From a bacterium (GTDB lineage Bacteria; Patescibacteriota; Saccharimonadia; Saccharimonadales; UBA4665): 28,841 bases of DNA. The position numbers and the translations under genes are program-made. Under the pieces are notes generated by a model, which was not told the DNA's origin, did no database searches, and worked only from the letters and a program-made list of their open reading frames with translations. This document shows positions 1 through 8,049 of this stretch, piece after piece; the stretch's first letter is position 1, and the number at the start of each line of letters is the position of its first letter. The stretch spans positions 1 through 28,841 of the forward strand of contig JAJYKI010000001.1 of the NCBI GenBank assembly GCA_021788675.1, read 5' to 3'.

Positions 1-104
1 CATAGCGCGAGGGAAACACCTGTTCCCATGCCGAACACAGCAGTTAAGCCTCGCAGCGGTTACAATACTTGGGGTTCACCCCTGGGAAAATAGCACGGTG
101 CCAA
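1..104 (+). rRNA. rrf: 5S rRNA (5' end cut by window edge)
   Basis: Conserved 5S blocks CATAGCG..., CACCTG-TCCCATGCCGAAC-CAG-AGTTAAGC and GGGG-TTCA-CCCC helix; ends ...CGGTGCCAA; followed by a terminator. Confidence 0.95.
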
Positions 105-113
105 ATTTTGATT

Positions 114-142
114 AAGACCTCCGTTAGTACGGGGGTCTTTTT
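114..142 (+). terminator. Intrinsic terminator of rRNA operon
   Basis: Stem AAGACCTCCGT(114-124)/ACGGGGGTCTT(129-139) with one G-U pair, loop TAGT, followed by T-tract. Confidence 0.85.
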
Positions 143-316
143 CATTAATGAATACTAAAATTAATAGCAGTTGTTTTAGAAAAATAACAGATGATTATGG
201 GATATTTTACAGCCAAAACTTAAGCTCAAGCGCTAATCTATAGCATAAGCCGACGGCCCAACTATGTATTGCATAAAAAAGTCGGCCAGTTAATTAAATT
301 TAACATAAATACTATA

Positions 317-345
317 TTGACGCAAAAGCAATAGCGTGATATACT
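317..345 (+). promoter_or_regulatory. Sigma70-type promoter for KGG stress protein gene
   Basis: TTGACG(317-322), 17-bp spacer, extended -10 TG-A-TATACT(337-345). Confidence 0.8.
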
Positions 346-428
346 AAACAAGATCGTACAGCGAGGAGGACTGGAATTTATTTTGCAGCTTTCCGGACTG
401 TCGACTAGTTGAAGCTAAGGAGGAAATT

Positions 429-626
429 ATGGCTGGAACTAAAACTGGTGGCAAAGCTGCCGCTAAGACCAACAAGACTAAATACGGTCCGGATTTTTAC
501 GCTCGCATCGGTGCTATGGGCGGCAAAAAAGGACATACTGGCGGTTTCTTTAAGAACCGCGAACTGGCCAGATTAGCTGGTGCTCGTGGCGGTCGAATTA
601 GTCGTAGGACTAAGAAAACCGTCTAA
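429..626 (+). CDS. KGG-repeat general stress protein (GsiB/YciG-like), 65 aa
   Basis: Small basic Gly-rich protein with repeated FY-xIG-xKGG / LA-xAG-xRGG motifs; SD AAGGAGG at 417-423. Confidence 0.8.
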   Translation: MAGTKTGGKAAAKTNKTKYGPDFYARIGAMGGKKGHTGGFFKNRELARLAGARGGRISRRTKKTV

Positions 627-647
627 GCGATAAGCCAACCTTATCCG

Positions 648-678
648 ATCCGCCTCGTTTTTTACGGGGCGGATTTTT
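648..678 (+). terminator. Intrinsic terminator between convergent genes
   Basis: Stem ATCCGCCTCGT(648-658)/ACGGGGCGGAT(664-674), T5 loop, T-tract; sits at the stop of the opposing gene. Confidence 0.8.
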
Positions 679-1147
679 ATATTAATTCAACCAAACTTTG
701 TTTTTTTAACGCGCGATAAGAACGACAGAATCTAGACGGTGACACCTGCCATTTGCTATGACAGTTAAAGCAATTATATGAATTGCATTGGTCGGATTGT
801 ATCGTTTTGGTACCACAGCTTGGACAGATACTGCGTTTATATAACCAGTCGCGGTAGCTGTCTAGACAGTCCTGGATATGGCTTTCGTCAATAACCGTGC
901 CAATTTTAGAGGCTATTTCTTTGGCCTTTTCCCAAGCTTCAACCTCCATTTCGATTAGTTCATAGTCGTTTGAATAGCTGGCGTGGTCGAGTAGGGCATG
1001 GCCGGTTTCGTGCAGGAGCGCCCAATGGGCTTTACATTGACCATCATCTTGGCTGTAGGTTATTTTGTGTTCATTGGGCGACCAGCTGAACTTCTCGCCG
1101 GGGATAAATTTAACGGCAGGAAACATGGCTTTTAGCTGATCAATCAT
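677..1147 (-). CDS. Putative zinc metallopeptidase (ImmA/IrrE-like HEXXH) with C-terminal Zn ribbon
   Basis: LLHETGHALLDH motif, downstream EMEVEAW (third ligand Glu), CPSC...CFNC Cys pairs. Confidence 0.65.
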   Translation of the reverse strand: MIDQLKAMFPAVKFIPGEKFSWSPNEHKITYSQDDGQCKAHWALLHETGHALLDHASYSNDYELIEMEVEAWEKAKEIASKIGTVIDESHIQDCLDSYRDWLYKRSICPSCGTKTIQSDQCNSYNCFNCHSKWQVSPSRFCRSYRALKKQSLVELI

Positions 1148-1149
1148 GG

Positions 1150-1962
1150 CTAATTTTTACCGAAAACTTGCTTAGCGTAATCATAGCAGCCGTAAATAAC
1201 GGCGTCTTCCGGTCTAATGGCAGGCTCAATTTTTGGCATGGGCAAAAGTGGAGTTTCCATGGTCTTCATGTATTTTGTTAGAGGTTTGACGAAGCGATCG
1301 GTGAATTGGCCAACGCTACCGCCGATTACAACTATTTCGGGTTCGGTGATGGCTACGAGCTCAATGAGTCCGAGACTAATATTTCGGGCTATGATATCTA
1401 GCGTAGGCTCGTCGGTAATATCTTTAGCCATTCGACCGAATGTAGCAACTATGGCTTTGCCGGAAGCAAAGCTTTCCCACGACATTACCTCTCCGTTATG
1501 CTCCAGCATTATAGTGTTACCGCCGCCGTCCCCAAGATTGGGGTCGATCTTGTTGTTGACGATAAGAGAATAGCCGACCCCGGTACTAATAGTTATATAT
1601 AGTAGTCTTTTATATTCCGGCTTGAGCATGGATTCGGACAGGCCGGCCAGCTTGGCGTCGTTTTCGATTGCGACTGGACTGCCAACGATCTTTTCTATAT
1701 CCGCCTGGACCGGAACGGTTTCCCAGTCTAGGTTGCCAAAAGCTCTGGCGTTGCCTTCGTCGCGGTCTATGTATCCCGGAAGTCCTACCCCAACGGCTTT
1801 AAAATCCTTATCTTTTAAACTAGCCAGGCTGTTCCCGAGATCTTTTAAAAACTGTTCATAGTTTTGAGATGTAGGGAATTTTTGTTTTTCAACTATAACG
1901 CCATTATCTTCAAGGCTGGCTACAAGCGTTTTAGTCCCTCCTACATCGATGCCCAAGTACAT
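1150..1962 (-). CDS. ROK family sugar kinase (no N-terminal HTH)
   Basis: GIDVGGTKT phosphate loop, VGVGLPG, IENDAKLAGLSE, ISTGVG, VVIGGSV motifs. Confidence 0.9.
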   Translation of the reverse strand: MYLGIDVGGTKTLVASLEDNGVIVEKQKFPTSQNYEQFLKDLGNSLASLKDKDFKAVGVGLPGYIDRDEGNARAFGNLDWETVPVQADIEKIVGSPVAIENDAKLAGLSESMLKPEYKRLLYITISTGVGYSLIVNNKIDPNLGDGGGNTIMLEHNGEVMSWESFASGKAIVATFGRMAKDITDEPTLDIIARNISLGLIELVAITEPEIVVIGGSVGQFTDRFVKPLTKYMKTMETPLLPMPKIEPAIRPEDAVIYGCYDYAKQVFGKN

Positions 1963-2004
1963 ATTAAGACCAGTCTAGCATAAACTAAATTTATGGGCAT
2001 AATA

Positions 2005-2032
2005 TTGTAGAGAATAAAGAAAAAGATATACT
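2005..2032 (+). promoter_or_regulatory. Candidate promoter, near-leaderless
   Basis: TTGTAG(2005-2010), 16 bp, TATACT(2027-2032); ATG 10 nt later, no SD. Confidence 0.5.
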
Positions 2033-2042
2033 TAAAACAGTT

Positions 2043-2888
2043 ATGTTTAATAAAAATAAAGTTTTTGTCATCAATATAGTGTCAGCCGTTTTGGTCGTGT
2101 TTGCCTTAATCTCTCCCGGTATAGCTTCGGCAGACAGTGCCACGCAGGCTGTAGCCCAGGGCTATAGCAGTACAAGTCCTCTTCAGCCAGGCATAATAGT
2201 CAGCTTGGCTAGTAATAATTCCGGTTCTGTGGCGCCGCTAAATATTAATAATATTAAGGCAATGCTTGGCGTTGTCGTGTCGTATAACCAAGCCTCTATA
2301 ACACTGGGAAACCAAAACGCCAATAATCAGGTGTTTGTTACTAACTACGGGCAGCATGATGTGCTGGTAAGTAATCAGAACGGGCCGATAACAACAGGGG
2401 ACTACATAACAATTTCTAATATTTCTGGAGTTGGTATGAAAGCTGACGGTAATGAGCCGATTGTCCTGGGTCAGGCCGCAGGATCATTCGATGGTGTCAA
2501 TAATATTGAAGGCACAGCGAGTATTAAAAACAGTAATGGTAAAAGCGTAAATGTTAATCTCGGTCTCATACCGGTTGATATAAGCATTGCCAATAACCCG
2601 CTGGCCGCAGGGCCACAGGGTCTACCTACGGTTTTGAATAACGTTAGCAAATTCGCAACCAACAAATCAGTTAGCGCTGTAAGGGTGTATGTAGCTCTTT
2701 TTGTGGCTGTAATCGGATTAATTATGGCTTTGACCATAATATATTCTGCAATTAAAAACGGTATTGTAGCCATGGGCAGAAATCCACTAGCTCGTCGATC
2801 CATAATCGGCGGTATGGTAAGGGTAATTGCTGTCGGCGTTATAGTGTTTGCGATTAGCTTAGGAGCTTCTTACGCAATATTGCTTTGA
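2043..2888 (+). CDS. Membrane protein: N-terminal signal peptide, peptidase-G2/IMC-like beta domain, C-terminal two-TM hairpin with GRNPLA loop
   Basis: Signal ending PGIASA; pattern PG-IVSL...LGVVVS...VLVSNQNGPITTGDYITIS-ISGVGMKA...VLGQA; two hydrophobic helices flanking GIVAMGRNPLA. Confidence 0.6.
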   Translation: MFNKNKVFVINIVSAVLVVFALISPGIASADSATQAVAQGYSSTSPLQPGIIVSLASNNSGSVAPLNINNIKAMLGVVVSYNQASITLGNQNANNQVFVTNYGQHDVLVSNQNGPITTGDYITISNISGVGMKADGNEPIVLGQAAGSFDGVNNIEGTASIKNSNGKSVNVNLGLIPVDISIANNPLAAGPQGLPTVLNNVSKFATNKSVSAVRVYVALFVAVIGLIMALTIIYSAIKNGIVAMGRNPLARRSIIGGMVRVIAVGVIVFAISLGASYAILL

Positions 2889-2907
2889 TAAATTGCGCCA
2901 GTTAATG

Positions 2908-3867
2908 TTAATCAACGATAAAATAATCGTATACGTAAGTCTGCCCGGCCGCCGGGCTATTGCTTGAACATACGCTAAAGCTATTGGTTGATCGATTGAC
3001 GTAATAACTTAAAGATGACGACGACGATCCGACTGGTGTTAGTAATACATGGGGAGTGCTATTAAACGGCGAAACGAAATTGACGGTTATGTAACAGCCG
3101 GCATAAGCACCGTTGCCGCTGTTAATTGTTACGGTTCCGGATGAGTCAGATCCGTTAACTGAAGTAGTGCCGCCAGATCCTGTGGCAGCGCCGGTTGATT
3201 GGGTGGGAATCGGTCCGCCTGCGGTTATATGATGATTGAGATCAAGGTTGCCGTTTAGTTGTAGCGAGCTGGTTGTAATTTGTGGTGCGGACAGCGCTCC
3301 ACCGAAAGTACCGGCGCCATTAGTGCTAAGACTTCCTTGTAAGTTTGTGTTGCCTTGGACATTAACATTTCCGCCGACCGTAAAGTTCTTATTGACTTGT
3401 ACAGTATCAAAAACGCTATTGCCCGAAACGACAATCCCGGTTAATGATAGGCTTCCACCAACCTGTAGCTTACCTGCTACTTGCAGATCGTTGCGCATTA
3501 AAACCTGACCGTTAAAAATTGAACTGCTTTGAACGGTCAATACCTGATTAGAGCCTCCGACGACTTCGTTGCTACTTGCAATATGATTCAATGCGGAAGT
3601 CGATAGGTTTTGAGTGGATAATTTGTTTTGTGAAGTGCTCGTTCGGTTCAAGTCGATCACCGTGAGCACTATCAAGCCAACCAGTAATACAAAAAATACA
3701 GGTAAGTAAATTGATGTCTTTTGAGTGATACTCGAAATAGCTCGCTTAGCGGCGCCGGATTGTTTCTGGGGCATCAACACCGGTGGCTGAGTATTAAGCT
3801 CTTGTGAGTTGTTTGACTCCAGAGAGGAGTCAAGGCTTTGTCTAGGGTCTTGATTGTCGCTGTCCAT
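2908..3867 (-). CDS. Type II membrane-anchored fibre-like protein (beta-repeat shaft plus C-terminal lectin/tail-fibre-tip-like domain)
   Basis: Polar N-terminal tail, one TM (IYLPVFFVLLVGLIVLTVI), ~6-residue LxVxGx repeats, C-terminal TVNFVSPFNSTPHVLLTP...RSTNSFSV...YDYFIVD. Confidence 0.6.
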   Translation of the reverse strand: MDSDNQDPRQSLDSSLESNNSQELNTQPPVLMPQKQSGAAKRAISSITQKTSIYLPVFFVLLVGLIVLTVIDLNRTSTSQNKLSTQNLSTSALNHIASSNEVVGGSNQVLTVQSSSIFNGQVLMRNDLQVAGKLQVGGSLSLTGIVVSGNSVFDTVQVNKNFTVGGNVNVQGNTNLQGSLSTNGAGTFGGALSAPQITTSSLQLNGNLDLNHHITAGGPIPTQSTGAATGSGGTTSVNGSDSSGTVTINSGNGAYAGCYITVNFVSPFNSTPHVLLTPVGSSSSSLSYYVNRSTNSFSVCSSNSPAAGQTYVYDYFIVD

Positions 3868-3878
3868 AATTAGTTATT

Positions 3879-3887
3879 AATATAGCA
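3879..3887 (-). promoter_or_regulatory. Extended -10 promoter for fibre-like gene
   Basis: Minus-strand TG-C-TATATT, 11 nt before ATG, no SD. Confidence 0.5.
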
Positions 3888-3913
3888 AACAAAACGCATA
3901 AAGCGTTAACGGA

Positions 3914-3941
3914 TTGTTTTTTAGGCTTAAATTTATACAAT
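3914..3941 (+). promoter_or_regulatory. Candidate promoter for first WxL-like gene
   Basis: TTGTTT(3914-3919), 16 bp, TACAAT(3936-3941); ATG 10 nt later. Confidence 0.45.
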
Positions 3942-3951
3942 ATAAGTAGAT

Positions 3952-4728
3952 ATGGGAATATTAAAGCGTATTTTTATCGTACTCGTGCTTGCGGTATTGG
4001 TATCTTCCGGATTTGTAGGATACTCTGCTGCTGCATGTGTTACAGGAGAACAGTCGTGCTCATCCAACTATGCGGTCGGCCAGATCTTTTTTGGGAGTGG
4101 CGGATCACTTGATACGACATGTTCTACGACATACTGCGCTAAACAGTCTGTAGGAGAAATAACCGTGGGTAATACTAGTGATGGTAGTAAATACCAGGCG
4201 CAAGCTGGATTCAATGTTGACAGGCAACCTTCACTTACGTTTATTGTCAATACTGCGAGTGTTAATATGGGGGTTTTAAGTTCTACGACTACAGCAACTG
4301 GAACGGCTAGCTTTTCGGTCAAGTCGTATTTGTCCAGTGGCTATAGCGTCATAACCGAGTCTCAGCCTCCACAAAACGGTTCTTATACAATGAAGGCCTT
4401 GTCTGCGCCTACAGCATCGTCTGCCGGTACCGAACAGTTTGGTATTAATTTGGTGGCCAACACAACCGGTGGATCGTGTAATGCTCCAGCTAACTTTGGT
4501 GCAAATCCACTGCAAGTTCCTAGTACTTCATTTAGTTATGGCGTCGCTGCTTCGGGCTATAACACCTGTGGATTATTTCAATATATTCCAGGCAGTATCA
4601 TAGCATCATCAAGTGAGAGTAGCGGCGAAACAGATTACACCATATCCTATATTATGAATATAAGTCCGGTTACGCCGTCAGGACAATATTCTATGGGACA
4701 GGTTCTGGTAGCCGTACCAACCTTCTAA
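3952..4728 (+). CDS. Secreted WxL-like/pilin-like surface protein 1 (Cys-rich N-terminus plus shared C-terminal domain)
   Basis: Signal peptide ending YSAAA; GTEQFGINLVAN, YTISYIMNIS, PSGQY...LVAVPTF shared with the next two ORFs; 6 Cys. Confidence 0.7.
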   Translation: MGILKRIFIVLVLAVLVSSGFVGYSAAACVTGEQSCSSNYAVGQIFFGSGGSLDTTCSTTYCAKQSVGEITVGNTSDGSKYQAQAGFNVDRQPSLTFIVNTASVNMGVLSSTTTATGTASFSVKSYLSSGYSVITESQPPQNGSYTMKALSAPTASSAGTEQFGINLVANTTGGSCNAPANFGANPLQVPSTSFSYGVAASGYNTCGLFQYIPGSIIASSSESSGETDYTISYIMNISPVTPSGQYSMGQVLVAVPTF

Positions 4729-4736
4729 AAAAGTAC

Positions 4737-4765
4737 TTGCAATTATAAACATAACAAGTTAGAAT
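4737..4765 (+). promoter_or_regulatory. Internal sigma70 promoter for surface protein 2
   Basis: TTGCAA(4737-4742), 17 bp, TAGAAT(4760-4765). Confidence 0.65.
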
Positions 4766-4799
4766 GCCATCATAAATTAAAAATTAAAGATATAAAGAA

Positions 4800-5921
4800 A
4801 TGAATAAACAAAAAACCAAAAGATTTAGTAGTGTTCTATCCGGTGTCCTAGCAACATTTATGCTGCTAGGCGGTATAGCTCCAATATTATTAGGTTCTCA
4901 GACAGTTTATGCTGCAGAACTTGAACCTAGATATATTAATATGTCTGACTCGACCGCAGGCAAAGTAGGCGTATCGTATGCAGTTAACTTTACTACTGCA
5001 ACGGCTGGAAATATTGAAGAAGTTATTGTAGATTTCTGTAGTGAAAGCGCTAGTAGCGGTGGTCCTATTATTGGTACTGCATGCGTTGCTCCAACAGGAT
5101 TAAGCGTCGGCAGCACCCCGACTGCTACGGGAGTTACAGGACTTAATTCAGGAACTTGGACAGCGGGTGATATTAATGGAACTACAACCTTTACGCTAAC
5201 AGATACTTCCGCAACTACTTCTGTAGCAGCTGGTACTGCGGTTAGCTTTAATATTACTAGTATGACAAATCCGACCGCAGAAGGCACATTTTACGCTCGT
5301 GTATATACATATGCAACACCGAATACAACATATACAGCAACAAGCATAGGAACACCTACTGATGACGGCGGTGATGCACTTTCAACTAATGCTACCATAG
5401 GTGTTACGGCTACAGTACAAGAAACACTTTCCTTCTGTGTCTATACTGGTGCATCTTGCAATACTACTGCGACTAGCGCAGCAGTTCCTTTAGGCAATCA
5501 AATAGGTACTAGCGGAATTTATGTAATTGATTCCAGCTCGGTGTACACTAATACGGTTAATTTCAGTGTATCTACTAATGCTATAAATGGCGGAACCATA
5601 TATCTTTATGGCGGAACGCTAACTAGCGGAACGAACACTATTCCAGCTGCACCTACTGGAACAACTATTACGGCAGGAACTGCGTATTTTGGACTGTACT
5701 TATCGACCCTTGGTACTAACGTAACGGTTGCAACCGGTAGTGGATATGGTAGCACTTCAACAGCATATTATTTGAATACGGCAGGTGGTCCACTTGCAAC
5801 AATATCTGCTCCGGTTAATGCATCTGTCAGTACCATTACCTACGGTGTTACCGCAAGTAACACGACAGTTCCTGGCCAATATACAGCCAATCACCAGTTG
5901 GTTGCAACACCAAAATTCTAG
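4800..5921 (+). CDS. Secreted two-domain WxL-like/pilin-like surface protein 2 (Thr/Ala/Gly-rich, candidate major subunit)
   Basis: Signal ending TVYAA; FCS...PII...CV and NP-xEGTFY-xR N-domain; TNAING...LTSG...PGQY...LVATPKF C-domain. Confidence 0.7.
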   Translation: MNKQKTKRFSSVLSGVLATFMLLGGIAPILLGSQTVYAAELEPRYINMSDSTAGKVGVSYAVNFTTATAGNIEEVIVDFCSESASSGGPIIGTACVAPTGLSVGSTPTATGVTGLNSGTWTAGDINGTTTFTLTDTSATTSVAAGTAVSFNITSMTNPTAEGTFYARVYTYATPNTTYTATSIGTPTDDGGDALSTNATIGVTATVQETLSFCVYTGASCNTTATSAAVPLGNQIGTSGIYVIDSSSVYTNTVNFSVSTNAINGGTIYLYGGTLTSGTNTIPAAPTGTTITAGTAYFGLYLSTLGTNVTVATGSGYGSTSTAYYLNTAGGPLATISAPVNASVSTITYGVTASNTTVPGQYTANHQLVATPKF

Positions 5922-5938
5922 TTAATTAATCAGGAGGG

Positions 5939-6994
5939 ATGATGTTTCACATCATCAGAGTCCGGTTATACTTTCTACCGATATGGGCATGGCAAATCAT
6001 GCCCATTATCATTGCTGGAGTATTAACTACTTCAGTGGCATATGGTGCTTTATTGGGAGAAAGGTATCTTAATATTGCTAGTGATCTGCCCGGTGCTAAT
6101 ACTACATACCAATTGGCCTTGACTACCACAACTAACGAAACCCTTGGGTCTATTGAGATTCAGTTTTGCTCTAATTCCCCGATCATCAGCATGTCTTGCG
6201 TGCCTTCTACAGGTGATCTGTCCGGAGTGATTTTACAGTCACAATCAGGAACGTCGGGATTTTCAGTTGGCAGCTTAAATAATAATACAATAATCTTAAC
6301 TAGATCACCGTCCGTTCAAGTGGCAGGCACGATGATATTTACATTTTCCAATGCCATTAATCCATCTAGTCAAGGAACGTTCTATGGACGCATACAAACA
6401 TTTTCTTCAAGTAATGCCTCCGGTAATCCTCTAGACTTCGGTGGGCTTGCAATGGCAATACTGAATTCATATTCTATATCTACGACAGTACTGCCTTATT
6501 TATTGTTTTGTGCAGGAGCAAGCATACCAGGGTATGACTGCAATCAGTCAAGTGGTAATTTAATTAATTTCGGCAGTCTTTCGCCGAGCTTTACTGCTAC
6601 GGCACAGAGTGAATTGCTTGTGGCTACAAACGCAAACAATGGTTATACCATACAAGTTAGCGGTAGCTCGTTAACATCAGGAAACTATGTGGTTTCTTCT
6701 CTGGCCAGTGATTCGGTTGCTCAGCCCGGCGAAGACCAGTTTGGGATAAATCTTGTGGCGAACAATTTACCAGCCGTAGGGTCTGGTGCTCAAGGGCCGG
6801 GTATTGGTAATCCGGCCCCTGGTTACGGTGTATCTAACGAATTTCAATTTCAAAATGGTTCAATTATTGCCGAATCCAATGGTCCCTCAGATTATAAAAA
6901 ATATACCGTAAGCTATATTGTTAATATATCTCCTAGACAGGAGCCTGGAGTTTATGCATCGACATTAACATATGTTGGTGTAGGAAATTTTTAG
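5939..6994 (+). CDS. Secreted two-domain WxL-like/pilin-like surface protein 3 (paralogue of protein 2)
   Basis: SD AGGAGG 5932-5937 (second ATG at 5942 is better spaced); FCSNSPII-SCV, NPSSQGTFYGR, TNANNG, LTSG, DQFGINLVAN, YTVSYIVNIS, PGVY...YVGVGNF. Confidence 0.7.
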   Translation: MMFHIIRVRLYFLPIWAWQIMPIIIAGVLTTSVAYGALLGERYLNIASDLPGANTTYQLALTTTTNETLGSIEIQFCSNSPIISMSCVPSTGDLSGVILQSQSGTSGFSVGSLNNNTIILTRSPSVQVAGTMIFTFSNAINPSSQGTFYGRIQTFSSSNASGNPLDFGGLAMAILNSYSISTTVLPYLLFCAGASIPGYDCNQSSGNLINFGSLSPSFTATAQSELLVATNANNGYTIQVSGSSLTSGNYVVSSLASDSVAQPGEDQFGINLVANNLPAVGSGAQGPGIGNPAPGYGVSNEFQFQNGSIIAESNGPSDYKKYTVSYIVNISPRQEPGVYASTLTYVGVGNF

Positions 6995-7050
6995 TTCTTA
7001 TGTTATTATCTCGGATAGATAATTTAAAAAACAATATTCGAGGGGATGAA

Positions 7051-8046
7051 ATGATAAGACGATATGCCGTGGCGCTGGTTGCATTGATTTCATTGGTGGT
7101 ATTTACGATATCGCCCATCTATGCGGCGACTAACAATAACCAGGGGAGTGGCTTGAGGGTTTCGCCTGTCAGAACGGATTTGACTATCAATCCCGGCAAG
7201 ACTCAGACAACGTATGTTTCAATAAGGAACCTAACTACTACCAAAGTTATACTGCAGGTTTTTATAAATGACTTTAGTGCATCGGGGAATAGCGGTAATC
7301 CCGCGCTCAATATAAATAACACAAATACGTACAATCCGCATAGCTTAAAGCAATTCGTTTCGCCTATAAATGATGTCACAGTTAATCCGGGCCAAACTCA
7401 GTCAATTCCCGTAGTTATTAAAATTCCGGCCAATAATCCAGGAGGCGGTTACTATGGGGCTGTAAGGTTTGCTCCCGCAACAAATACTCCTGATTCTAAA
7501 AAAACCGTTGAGCTGACAGCAAGCATAGCATCATTAATATTAGTGCGTGTGCCGGGGCCGGGAATTAAAGAGAATCTTAACTTAACAGGTTTTGGAGTAG
7601 AATCAAATAATCAAACAAGCAGATTGTTCTATACCAATAGTGGTTTGGAAGTCGTATCTACGTTTACAAATCAAGGAAATGTGCAAGAAGAGCCTTTTGG
7701 TAAGGTTTCGGTAACAAATGACATTACCGGCAAGGTTGTGCAGTATCTTAACATAAATGATGTTACTCCTCCTGGCAATGTTCTTCCAGATAGCTCGAGG
7801 ACATTTAGTCTAAAGTTGAATAAATTAGGATCAATCGGTAAGTATACCATTATGGGTAATTATGGTTATGGAAATAATGGTCAACTTTTAAGTGCAAAAA
7901 CCACCATTTATGTCATTACGCCAATATGGATTGTTGCATTGCTATCAATAGTAATATTGATTATTGCTATAATCTGGTTTACGCCGAAATTATTTAGAGC
8001 TTGGTACAGAAGGTCTATTCGTAAATTGAATTCAAGCAAAGGCTAG
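7051..8046 (+). CDS. DUF916/DUF3324-like (WxL-interacting, CscA-like) protein with C-terminal TM anchor
   Basis: Likely start ATG 7051 after GAGGGG (ORF open from 7000); signal peptide; VSPVRTDLTINPG...VSIRN, IPVVIKIPAN-PGGGYYGAVRF, FTNQGNV...GNVLPDSSRTF; TM IWIVALLSIVILIIAIIWF plus basic tail. Confidence 0.7.
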   Translation: MIRRYAVALVALISLVVFTISPIYAATNNNQGSGLRVSPVRTDLTINPGKTQTTYVSIRNLTTTKVILQVFINDFSASGNSGNPALNINNTNTYNPHSLKQFVSPINDVTVNPGQTQSIPVVIKIPANNPGGGYYGAVRFAPATNTPDSKKTVELTASIASLILVRVPGPGIKENLNLTGFGVESNNQTSRLFYTNSGLEVVSTFTNQGNVQEEPFGKVSVTNDITGKVVQYLNINDVTPPGNVLPDSSRTFSLKLNKLGSIGKYTIMGNYGYGNNGQLLSAKTTIYVITPIWIVALLSIVILIIAIIWFTPKLFRAWYRRSIRKLNSSKG

Positions 8047-8049
8047 AAT

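Noticed and set aside
249-286. GCCGAC/GTCGGC inverted repeat with inner TATG/CATA in the post-5S spacer
   Set aside because: Short arms with large internal loops; no tRNA or known ncRNA features
3952-6994. Type IV pilin interpretation of the three secreted proteins
   Set aside because: No class III signal (G|F-x-x-x-E) at the N-termini; they have Sec/SPase I-type signals ending in A-x-A-like sites
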